Position numbers and translations under genes: made by a program. Below are positions 41,326 through 52,507 of a stretch of DNA of 64,000 bases, piece after piece; the first letter of the stretch is position 1; every line of letters starts with the position of its first letter. The stretch comes from Guillardia theta CCMP2712 (taxonomy: Eukaryota > Protista > Cryptophyta): the NCBI RefSeq assembly GCF_000315625.1, contig NW_005434659.1, positions 761,848 through 825,847 of the forward strand, read 5' to 3'. The notes beneath the pieces are model-generated. The model saw nothing but the letters and a program-made list of their open reading frames with translations, was not told where the DNA came from and made no database searches.

Positions 41326-43297
41326 TCAAGAATACAGTGATATTTTTCTGTGTGTGTGCCTTATTCGAGCAATGCGTGCACCTTGAAGCTTACTGCTGAT
41401 TATTTATGTACCATTAAATTTTTCTTTCTGGCAATGGAGGGTGATCCGACATATTTGAGGTACGAAGGGTTTTAAGCTTTCTGGGTTGTTATTAGAATTA
41501 GCTTTGTGCAATCACACTAAAATTTCTTCCTACGCATTGAAATTTCTCAAGATGAATAAGCATATAACGAATGCTCAAAGCTCCTTCGCTGGATCACAGA
41601 GAAGGGTGAAGAGAAGATATATGAATTCTTTTTGGGAAGCAACAATAACACAATATCGGTTCGTGACACAAGAAAAGGGAAAGACAAAACCAACTCAAGG
41701 GAGCTGTAGACCATCCTTTCATATCGACGGGAACCACCACGGGTGTAGAGGTATAGATCTGTTGCATGCTCCTGACCTTGAGGTTCAGCCAACCGGTGCC
41801 CAACAGTAGGTTTGTGCTTGTCTGAAGCCGTTAGAGCCTTCGTTGTCTTTTTTGGCTGCGAAAGAAGAAGATATCACCACCGCAACTCTTGTTGCTCACA
41901 CACTCGTGCTCAATAATATGCCTTCCTGCGAAGGCTTGAGCTCATCTCCGCAGAGCTCTGATAATTGTGTGCGGAACGTTCATGATTCATGCGAAGCTTT
42001 CAGTTTGAAGCTCAAATGTACAGAGCTATGGGATCTAATTGTTGTATCCATGAGGATCCGGAACCACGGATACTCGTCGGATACTCTGCCGGATATTCCC
42101 TATATAGGCGGACGCATTCTCGTGCGGACGGCCTCCTGAATTACCCCCACTCGCATGCACAGTGAGTGTGGTGGTTGTGCGTAGTTTACCTCCCAGTCTG
42201 TGTTGTGTATACAACACTAATAAAGTATTGAGCTTGCATGGTCTTTCAGTCCTCCTTGCACAAGAAAGCAAATAATTCATCAGATCACGTATGTATGCAC
42301 TTCATGACTGTATTGTCTTTCCATTGGTGCACTTCGTACTGGCTTCATGACTCTGCTGTCTCTCTTGCTTCAGGACTGAGCTGCACTATCGCTTCATCAC
42401 AGTTGCCATGGTGCTTCGTAACTGTACTGTCCCTTCGTCAGCGTGCTCATGTGTAGGCGAAGTATAAGCTTGAAACATAGTCAGTGCAGGCAAAGTACAT
42501 TCGTCCACTTTGCCTTTGTACGTTCTGTTCTGTCTTCTGTCTGACTCAACGAAGATCTCCCGGTGGCATTCTGGTCCTTCTCGTGTCGAGTTCTCCCATT
42601 GTACAAGTTTCCTCGGGATTCAACCACATGCATCATATGATGGTACATCAGTTGCCAACTGCATGCCTCACATAGCGGCTAGTCAAAGTGTTAACTTCAC
42701 ATGTTGCCTCTTCCCTCTAAATTTGCTGTCCCCTCTCCCCGGTCTGTAGGAGTCCCTTGTAGTGCTCGCATGTTCTAATGTTTCTCATAGGAAATAATGA
42801 GATAGGTATCATCCATCAGCACATGCATGTGAGTTTCATGGTACCCCACCCACCTACCCACCCAAACACACACACACACACACGCTCCGACAGCGAAATC
42901 ACGAAAATGACGGCGCAATACAGGGGTGGGGACGTGAGAAGAGGAGTAAGAAAGGTAACTTATCCTAGGGGGTAGGGGTTCAAAACTCATTTCATGCCTT
43001 CCTCATTTGTATGGGGTACTTTACTGTCCCCTGCGAAGGATGAGATGCAAGATGACATGAGAGTGCCTGGAAGGAAAAAGAAGAATCGTGTAGCATGCAA
43101 CACTAGAAGAGAAGAATCCAAGCGAAACGAACTTGAACAAACTTGAGCAGTGGTGAGAGTCTGTGAGCCAAAGAGCCTGATTTATATGTATCATTGGCTT
43201 CGAAACATTTCGATTTTGTTTCGACTTACAAGTTGCAAGAACGATGCGAAGGTTGTTGGTGACCTAATTTCATTTTCCAGTCGCAGTCTTCAACGAA

Positions 43298-43578
43298 AAT
43301 GTCGTCACAACCATCTCCCGATGTCAGATCTCCTTGAAATCTGCAGAAGCATGCTTTGTGTTCATCCTCACCTTAAGCCACAGGTCCCGATGGCGCAACC
43401 AGGGTATTCGAACCACATGTCACAACAAGTTGTGGTAGAAGAGCATTATTGCGGCCCAGTAACTTGGGCAGCTGGCATTCTCTGCGTTTTTTGTGTCGGC
43501 CCTCTTGGTGTCCTCGTTGCTTGTTGTCCGTGCGACAAGCGAATGGTTGTTCCTACAACCGTTGTTGTGCAAAAATAA
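43298..43578 (+). CDS. BRI3/CYSTM-like small membrane protein, copy 2 (shortened first exon)
   Basis: MSSQPSPD, intron ~43323-43383, VPMAQPGYSNHMSQQVVVEEHYCGPVTWAAGILCVFCVGPLGVLVACCPCDKRMVVPTTVVVQK-stop. Confidence 0.65.
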
Positions 43579-44043
43579 TCAAGATGATAGTAGTGGTCGT
43601 TTGAACCTTATTCGAGCAATGCTTGCACCTGGTCGTAGCTTTGACTTCTGCTGAATTTGGGATCTAAAGTAGGATTCGAAGTACGTTCTCGAGTATATAC
43701 TTTTCCTTCACTTTATTGCAATCTGTTTGGTGCCTGAACAATATTCCGAACCACAATTACATTCCATGATGGCAGGGTACCAGCCAAGGCCCCTGCAGTG
43801 CATGTTCTGAATACTTATGTACTCACTTCGTACTCACTTCATGACTGTATTATCCGACAATAGTGACTCGCTTCATTCACTTTGTACTCGCTTCATTCAA
43901 AGTACTCGCTTCATTCACTTTGTACACCGACTCGGATATGTCCGATCACTGCCAGTGAGTGCTGGAGTCAAAAAACAAGAGCCCCTTGTGCGGAGATGCA
44001 AAAACAAAGTCTTTCCTATTTCGGAAAGGACCACCCGAGGGGT

Positions 44044-44115
44044 CGCCGCGTCTGGGAATTGAACCCAGGTCTCCCGCGTGACAGGCGGGGATACTGACCA
44101 CTATACTAACACGGC
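44044..44115 (-). tRNA. tRNA-Asp (GUC)
   Basis: Minus strand GCCGTGTTAGTATAGTGGTCAGTATCCCCGCCTGTCACGCGGGAGACCTGGGTTCAATTCCCAGACGCGGCG: 72 nt cloverleaf, acceptor GCCGTGT/ACGCGGC, anticodon loop CT-GTC-AC, T-loop GTTCAATTC. Confidence 0.96.
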
Positions 44116-44906
44116 AGTCAGAAGCACCTTGTTCGGTGCTCGCCTTGGGTAACTAGCCAGAAATTTGATTGATATAGAATTGTAATGGGGGAATGGTGGG
44201 GTAGTGCAGAGTCAAAATGAGGGTAGTATTCTTTACGAACGAAATGGACGAAAGGGGTGGGGTGGAGGGTGATAATAAAGGGGTGGTCGGGACCAGAATT
44301 CAATGTGCATTTGAGGGGTTCTTTTCTGCTGTCACCTGTAATTGGTGGGTACAATGAGCTAGATGCAAGATAGGTAGGGTGGCAGTGGAGAGAGACAATG
44401 AGGCCGGCGGTGTCGCACAATGAGGGAGGGAACAGAAACATGGCGGCCGGCCCCTCCTCCTCCCTCCTCTCTACTGCTCTTGCTTCCCCATTCTCCATGC
44501 TTTCTCTCCCCTGCACCGGCCTAACACTCTCTTCTCCTCTACCTTATCAACAATTCCCACATCATCATTCTGCTGTGCTGTGAATCAGAATACCTCATGT
44601 CGGCCCCTCTTCCGATCCACTCCTTCCCCTTGCCTCTATTCCGTTCTGTTGAAAACTCGGTATTGTGTCTGTTGTTGTAAGTTCAAGTGTCAATTCGTTC
44701 ATGTACATGAATTCATCATGTGTTGCTGCTCGTACATTTCTGATGTATGTTGTTCCGACAATCGGATAAACGAGTCTGAACATTGGTTTTTACATGTCTG
44801 GTGACTGCTCTGATTCTCTATTCAGGGACTGCTCTGCTGAATGTGAAACCCAAGACCTCGTCATTTAGTGCAAATTTGTCCTGCGATCAGCAATAAGCGT
44901 TTCAGA

Positions 44907-45748
44907 ATGGGGAACTTTTCAGGTACCTGATCCGCTGGGTTTTTATTCTGTTTGTAGCTTTAGTGTATTCACAACCTTGTACTGATTGGTAGTTTTTCCT
45001 TTGCCGACGTTCGATTTGATCTGCATGGACCAATGATTAATTTGTTTGCAGTCAAAATCCTCTCGGTGTTGCTCTTAGATTTATTGATTGCAAGATTTTG
45101 TTACGGGATGAAGACAGGAAGCTTCTGCGGTGTGCTTGTCTTTGTTGTCGTAAAGACAGCCTTCATGTAACACGAACGTGCAGGCGAGGCTGAAAAGCGC
45201 AATAAGCTGTGCACCAGGGCGCAGGCGATTGCTGGTGAGCCTCTTCGACTGAGGGGAGGAGGATCGCTTCAGATCTATGAGATCAAGGTGAGGACATGCG
45301 TTGTATCATCCACTTTATTCTTGTTCTGATGCGCTTTATTCTTGTTCTGATGTGCTTGCCAGGATTTCTTGACAATCACGCGAAGAAAGGATGCGCGGCT
45401 GGTGACCATTAAGAAGCCAAGAGGAGGGTGAGCGGGAGAAGTTGTTGATACACCTCCAGCCCTCATGGAACATGCTTTGACAGACGTGCTGGACCAACAA
45501 AGTTCAAAGTTCGATGTAGCAGGTTTCGTTACACGTACGTGGTGGCGGACAGCAACAAGGTGACGTTGAGACGAGCATGTCGGGGTGGAGGCCAGTGATG
45601 TGAGTGACAGGCAAGCAAGTTGAAACTTTCCCTTCCACCATCCTTGAAGATCAAAGAGGTGAGACGACGTGTCCTCGACTCGACGATGAAAAAAACTTGT
45701 CAGATATCGGGAGGACGACAAAGAGCTGCCAATCGCCCATACGGATAG
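44907..45748 (+). CDS. RPL38: 60S ribosomal protein eL38 with N-terminal signal peptide and LRLRGG-terminated leader
   Basis: Exons 44907-44922 (or ATG 45033), 45052-45129, 45184-45287, 45363-45427, 45484-45559, 45611-45658 and 45704-45748 splice in frame to [143 protein letters not shown]. This matches eL38 (QIx[27 protein letters not shown]). The gene is absent from the ORF track. Confidence 0.9.
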
Positions 45749-46199
45749 AAGGAGATTACCAGGGTGAGATGTATGTCAGACTGAGGATCGAGACCGTAGG
45801 GGGGCGGAGGGCAAGCAGCAGCAAGGGTAAAGAAGAGCAAGGAAGAGCAGAGCAAGTGCAGTATGGTGAACAATCTATAAGAACTTTGGATACTTGTCTT
45901 GTGAGGAGAAGCAAAATCGAGTCTCACTTCCTGTCTGCGTTATTTTCAAAATGCCGCTCATATCCAAAACGCCACTCGTTGTCCAACAGAGCGATGCTTT
46001 CTCACTGTCCGAAACCATGTCGAGAAGACAAATCACATTTTCTCTCGCCATTTTCGATTGTTATGCATCAAAAAACATTGTTACCTTACTCCCAATCATT
46101 TCGAGAACTTGAAGACTTTTTTCTAGTTCTCAACGCCATGATGCTATTGACTTTACATGAACATGAACATAGAAAAGTACAACATAGAAAAATAGTTCA

Positions 46200-49025
46200 A
46201 TGGCGAGTCTCGGCGGAGATGGACCACCATCATACTTGTCGAAGTCACTCGGCAGGATACCAGATCTGCGATGATGAGAGAAGTAGGATGCAGAACTCCA
46301 AAGATCGTCTAAGAGCTGCTCGAGTTGCTATGAAGTCATCAAAGATGAATCTCGGCCGAGACGTGTCTTGTGCCTTGCTATCCCCTGAAGAAACTTACAT
46401 AAGTTTAGAAACCGACATCTACGGAGTGGGAGAAACGGTCGGCATCGAAGTGAGACATCAAAGTCACCTGTGACGTCGGAAGCGAGCTGGAGCGGGACCT
46501 GATCTCTCCAGAAGATCTCGTCTCCAACTTTCCTCCTGAGTGAATCTCCGTGCTGTCTGACTCGGGCCTGTACATCTTGCAGCGTGGATACCTCAATCGA
46601 GAAGGCTGACACCCTCAGAGCCGCTTCATCCTCACCCATCCCATTGCTGATCATGACCGCATGAAGTACCTCCTGCCAGATACCATCTTGCAATGAGATG
46701 AATTTCTGAACAGACGACAGACCACCTTGAGCGCTGTCGACACACACCTTGCTACCTCTGCAAACTCGAAATCTTGAGCTTGATCGGAAGAAATCTCTAC
46801 AACTCCGTGACCTCACCATTATTACACGTTCGGAGTCTTCACCTTGTAGCAGATTTCCAAGGGCTAATATTGTCGATCCTCCTCCTGGCAGCACAACTCC
46901 CGTCCTCGACAAGCTCAAGACCCTTCGGAAACATTTCCTCACCTGCTCCTGCCGTTGTTGGTCAGTTGTGACACCTTCCCCTGAACGACAAACCTGTAGG
47001 AGGAGAGTTTCCCCTGATGATAGACCGCAGCAGACAATAGTACTCCAGCAAGTCCGTCCTCCTCCTCCCCATCCAAACAAGCTCACTTCCTCTATGATCG
47101 GGGGCTCGAAGGTGGAATGTGAGCTCCTCAAGCTATCCGCTGCCTCCTCCTCCCTCTCCTCCTCCCCCTCCTCCTCATTCTGCAACAGAGCAATTGCTAC
47201 AGCTGACATGCTCGGGGGCGTGTAGTTCAAATGAGTGAACAACTTCTTCTCCTCAAATGCTCTGCTCAACATCCCAATCGCCACTCTCCTCCTCCCGACA
47301 TGTCCCTCATCAAAGTCAGCAGCTGATGGTACCTGGGACACCTCCAGCATCTGACAGAGCTGCAGACTTTCTTTCAGCGTAATCCCCCACACAACCATCA
47401 CGTCCTTCATCTCTAGTATACTGATGAATTTCGCGCTCGGCCGATCCCGCAGCAGCAGACAGGCCAAGTCAAATTCCTTACACCTCAACGCGAACGTTAC
47501 GATCCGGTCCTCCAGCATGTCCGTCCTCTCCCTCTCCATGAATTCTTCGACTCTGCTGTACACCAGAGTTGTTTCCTTGCCCCCCCCCTCCTCCACGAAG
47601 TTGCTCCGATACAAGAAACCCTCGGCCATCACTGCAACTCTGACTCTTTGAAAGTTGAGAAACCATCCGACGGCTCCCTCCTCTCCAGCTCCTTCATGGG
47701 CCATCGAGCTCCACCGCTCTTCGCTTCGCCAGGAGTTTGTTCTCGTCCCTCCAAACTTTCGCATTCTCGCATGAAGGTGATCCTGATGATGCAGTGAGAG
47801 GGAATGACGCGTTAGAGAAAACTCTCACATGATGCTCCGGCGATGAGACAACAATGCCGGGAAATGTTTGAGATCGCTGCGCGACATTTAACATGCTCGA
47901 GTGAGTGATATCAAACTGTCTTGACCTTCGGGTTAAGGCCAGGAATGATGTGGGTCTTTAGAGAATCGGAACGGACATGGCGGCCGAGTTGGATCAGCTG
48001 AAAGTTTGTTCAGTAAGCAAAGCGAAGAGCCGTACCAAGAGGAGACTAGAAGAGACACTAGAGAAGGAAAACTCACACTTGCCGTCACCAGTCGAGTAGC
48101 TTCCTGGCTTTCATGGGACACTGCTCCGACAAACTCTCGAAACGCCATGCGGCAGCCTTCCTCCAGTTTTCCTGCGGCACTGCACATAACACTTGGTTGT
48201 TCTTTGTCGTGTCAACCAGTCACCTGCATCGGAGGCATCGCCTCTGACCGGACCGGCACTTTCATCGCACTCTGGAGCATCGGAGGCAGAACGTCACGAA
48301 CTCTCCCTCACTCCTGTGACTCTACCACCTTGATCAAGCTCCAGCTCGTCGAACCAGGAAAAGTCATCATCCCCCTGGCTGCCCGAGCTCACGAGCTTCT
48401 TGTCTTCGATCCCCCGTTGCCTAGCTCTCTCCCTCAGCACCTGGCTGACGGCAACCGACGACGACTGCAAGAAGCTGTCCACAACATCCAAGACCTTGCG
48501 AAGCCCCACCATGACGCGCACGCGATCAAACCCTCCGTCAACAAGATCGTAAAACCTGCGGCAGCAACATCAGGACCAACTCTCATCTTCCATCCGCTCC
48601 CTCCCCACCGTCGAATGAGAGGACCGAGAAGGCTGACGAGGAGGGAGCTGCCCGTACCTGCCTCCTCCTGCATAGCTGAGCATCACGGTCACGAAACCTC
48701 TCAGTGTCTTCACCTGCTGACCGCAAGTTGTCTCTCTGATCAAGGAGCCCACGGGATGACGAATGTTCAAGACTTGTACGAGTGAGAAACCATCTGCGAT
48801 CATCCTTGCGTCGGCCTCCTCTTCCCCATTCTCGTTGGTGAACGAGTGGAACTTTACAGACGCGCGAGGTCCCAGCAGAGTGATTGAGCTCCATGAGATT
48901 GCGGAGACAACAAGCACACAGTTTCTGTTCATGTTGTCGACGCTCGAAAACTTACATCCTGATCGTGATTGGAGATCATCAGACGGCAAAAAGCAAAGGA
49001 ACGTGATTCGGTCTTCGTAGGTCAC
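46200..49025 (-). CDS. Divergent chaperonin-like BBS protein, most like BBS12
   Basis: TLLGPRASVK, DGFSLVQVLNIRHPVGSLIRE, EAGTGSSLLVSL (degenerate GDGTT), DDFSWF, VVLPGGGSTILALG and C-terminal DDFIATRAALRRSLEFCILLL follow the CCT equatorial-domain order with BBS12-type degeneracy. Both ends are approximate. Confidence 0.6.
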
Positions 49026-49467
49026 TTTCCTTCTCGCGTCCCCTCGTCTCTACTACAACCCTGCCTCCCTCCATTCCTCTCACCTCGTCTTCGCTTCACT
49101 GCTGACCTCTCCTCTTCACATCCTCCCGTCTTGTCTCCCGTTCTCTCTCCTTCCTCCCTCTCCGCTACCGCTCGTCTCTCCCCTCCTCTCTGTGCATCCG
49201 AACATCGGGAAAGTGTTTCCCACAGCCGGTCTTCCAGGGGTCCGATATGGAAAAGATGGGGTCAGAAAACTCATGTGGGGTAGGGGTAGTACATCGAGGG
49301 ATGTTTGTGGTCGAATCTCAGATGAAATTGGAGTTTATTCAAGGGGTGGGTACATCAAAAGAGGGGTACTTCTTGACGAACGGGTCAGGGGAGGTGGGGG
49401 TGCCTTCAAGGTTGCCGGTAATGGCGGAATTGAAGTAGCAAGGAAACGCGAACAGCGAGTAGTACTA

Positions 49468-49660
49468 GTGCTACTGCTCCTCCTGCTCCTCCTCCTCCTC
49501 CTGCTCCTCCTCCTCCTCCTGCTCCTCCTCCTGCTCCTGCTCCTCCTGCTCCTCCTCCTCCTCCTCCTCCTCCTGCTCCTCCTCCTCCTGCTCCTGCTCC
49601 TCCTTCTCCTCCTTCTCCTCCTTCTCCTCCTGCTCCTCCTTCTCCTCCTTCTCCTCCCGA
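49468..49660. repeat. (CTC)/(CTGCTC) microsatellite
   Basis: Directly visible; source of the poly-L and poly-R ORFs. Confidence 0.9.
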
Positions 49661-50233
49661 TCCTACTAATATTGATGTTTCTGCCTCTGAACCACCTCCT
49701 CTCCCTGCTCCTCCTGCTCTGCTCCTCGTTTGCTCTCTCGTCCTGTTCCACCTCCTCTCGCATGTCTGTGTATTCGTGTCATCCAACTCATCACGACGAT
49801 TGTCTTTCTTGTTCTTCTTGTTATCGTGTTCGATTCTTCTGTTTCCCTCATTTCCTTCTCGTCTTTATCAGTGTGTCCATCCTTTCAACCTCAACCGCAT
49901 TCAGCTCAATCTCCATCATCTCCACTATCTTCAACTTTACCAGTTCCTTGTCATCTTGCTTGTCTTCTTTCTCGTCTTGCTCATCTTGATCTTAAATCAT
50001 CGTCTCTTCTTCCTGCCAGGCAAGAATTGGAGCTAATCAGCTGCACATTGACGTTTTCACACCGTCTTGATTTTCTTTCAAGCATTACCATCAGCACCAT
50101 CATCACCTCCTTCCACCATCATCATCACATCTATAGTCATCACGAACAGTTAACTAAACCCCAACTACTGCTCCTTATCTTCGATCCTCCTCTCACTTTT
50201 GCTAGCCTGTGACCTGTGACTTTGCAGATCAAC

Positions 50234-52310
50234 ATGAAAAAGGCAGCCGCATACAAGAGAGGCTTGAAAGAGTTTCAACCGTTGGACAAGCGGCAGAAGA
50301 CAGAAGCAGACTTGCTGACAAACAACGTAAAACCTGCGATTGTAGACAAGCTTCTCCTCGCGAGCAATCCTGCAGTCCTCCCTCAAAAACCTGCGGCATC
50401 CAATTCCTTTGATCCATTCAGCTCGAAATCTGAAACAACACACGTGGATTCAGCCCTGACAGACGAAGATAGCGACGATGACGAGGCAGGAGGGAAGAAG
50501 ACTGGAGGACGACGGAAAATCACGATCCAGTTTGTTGAAGACAAAAGCAAACGGCACATCACGTTCTCAAAACGAAAGACAGGAATCATCAAGAAGGTCG
50601 TGACCTTCCTGTTCTCGTTATGTAGAATATGGAGATGATGATGATGATGATGATGATGATAATGATAATGATGATGATAATGATGATAGTCGAGGTGATG
50701 ACGAAAATGACGATCGTGTCAACCAGGCAAATGAGCTGAGCATGCTGACGGGGGCACAAGTTTTGCTTGTCGTTACCTCAGAGACGGGAAACATCTACGA
50801 TTTCTCAACACCGAAGTTCCGTGCCGTAGTGGAGAAGTTCAAGGACTGGTTCAAGAATGCCTGTAAAGATAAGGCAGACGAGTTTAAGGTGAAGTGCTTG
50901 CTTTGCCAGGGAGATGAGGATTGAATTGCCCTTAGACCGCTGCGAGCTTGGATCTAAATGATCAAGTGAGTGTTGCGAAAGAAAAGCGAACGGCAGATGT
51001 CAAGGTGTGCACTTGTTGAAAATCCTTACCGGCTGATCCCGTCTTTCTTATCTTCTTCTTCCTCCTCTTCCTTTCCTGCTTCATGGGCCTTCTTGATTCG
51101 CGCATGTCGAATTGTGGAACAGGATGTCAAAGTGGAGCAAGGGAGGGCCAGTCTGAACGATCTGGCAGCTCTGGCACACACAGTGAGGTACGTCAGATGC
51201 TGTTTGATGACGTAAGAGTGAGTGAGATGCAAACAAAGTCAAGCAAACGAGCGTTTGAGCCCCGAGCAGCCTGCGAGCAACGAGATGGCGATAGCGGCAG
51301 AGGATCACGCAGATGAAGAGGTATTGAACTTGATGGTGGAAAGCGAGAGATGTAAGCAGCTGCAGAAGAAGGAGAACCAAAGCGATTGCAACAATGACCT
51401 GGTGTCTGACAAAGAGAATGAGTGCAAGGTCAAAATTAGACGCTTTCTTCTCTCATTGTCTTACGAGGTGATAGGGGGGCGGAGACGAATACTGTCAAGA
51501 CTGCCAATGGAAGCGATTGTACATGAGCATGGCGCACAGAATGTATTCCATCAACGACCCGAGCAACCTTGTCTTTGGGTTCCACAGTGACCAGCACAAG
51601 ACTAGTGAGGATCAGACAGAAAAAGGTGACGAATGCTCCTGCTTTTCTTCCAGTGCTACCTCCGCTGCCACTTCTTATTCCTCCTCCTTCATGTTATCAC
51701 GTTGTTGGAGGAGGAACAAGAGACGGAGAAAGATTTGGCTCAGATGTTGATGGTTTGATGATTACATAGCTGTTAAGAGTACGATCATGGAGCCGTTCTT
51801 GTGTTTGTCAGCATCTTGTTGCTGTCCCATTGTTCGATTATTGTTGTTGTTCTTGATGATGATGATGATGATAGTTAGTGGTGGTGGTGGTGATAAAGAT
51901 GATCAAGAAGAGGAGGAGGGGGAGGATATTATGATATCGGGTGACTAACTGATTTGTGTCTTGCTTGCCAGGGACGGAAAAGAGCGAGCGAGATCCTTGT
52001 CGAGATGTGAATATTCTTCCACACATGATGAGTCGAAGAAAGTCAGTGAAACATCACCGAATGAACGTGAAGAAAGAAGAGGTGAGAACATGTAAGAAAT
52101 TTTAATTTGATGATTGACATGTGTTGTTGTAGAAGAAACAAGATGAAGAGGTTGAAGGAGGAAATGCGGAGAACTACAAGGAGCTCTTAAGCTCTTGGAG
52201 AAGGAGCATGACTGCTGGGTATGTTGTGTTAAGACAGGAAGAAAAACCGTGACAGCCATGGCAGGTCGCCTTCAGTTGTCATCCCCAAGTTGAAAGATCC
52301 TAATCGTTGA
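50234..52310 (+). CDS. SRF/MCM1-type (type I) MADS-box transcription factor
   Basis: GRRKITIQFVEDKSKRHITFSKRKTGIIKK, intron ~50598-50726, ANELSMLTGAQVLLVVTSETGNIYDFSTPKF is an SRF-type MADS domain. It is followed by many short low-complexity exons; both ends are approximate. Confidence 0.88.
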
Positions 52311-52507
52311 AGTGAGCGTGAAGTTGGAGAGGATGAAGGGGAGGAGAGGGTTAGTGATGATTCGGCAAGTCGCCTGAAGGAGCAGTATTATTCTGGTGTA
52401 AAATTAGATTTCCTGCTCAGCTTGTACTGTATGAATAAACATGTGTAATGATTGATCAGAAATGTTCGAGGTGAATAAAATTTTCATCTTTCAAAACACT
52501 TTGTATT

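Larger units (their letters stand above)
40106..43635 (+). repeat. Local segmental duplication: ~40106-41395 and ~42719-43635, separated by a ~1.3 kb unique spacer
   Basis: Shared blocks such as aatttgctgtcccctctc..gctcgcatgttctaatgtttctcataggaaataatgagatagg, ttatcctagggggtaggggttcaaaactcatttcatgcc and gaaggaaaaagaagaatcgtgtagcatgcaacactag, plus the small gene. Copy 2 has several deletions. Confidence 0.92.

Noticed and set aside
45184-45263. Ubiquitin-eL38 fusion gene
   Set aside because: Only the LRLRGG hexapeptide is present; the upstream residues show no ubiquitin-fold sequence and are too short.
45604-46473. 289-aa plus-strand ORF
   Set aside because: It overlaps eL38 exons in another frame and the antisense 3' end of the BBS12-like gene, with no recognisable content.
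49192-49989. 265-aa poly-Leu membrane-like ORF
   Set aside because: It comes from a (CTC)n microsatellite upstream of the MADS exons, with no homology evidence.
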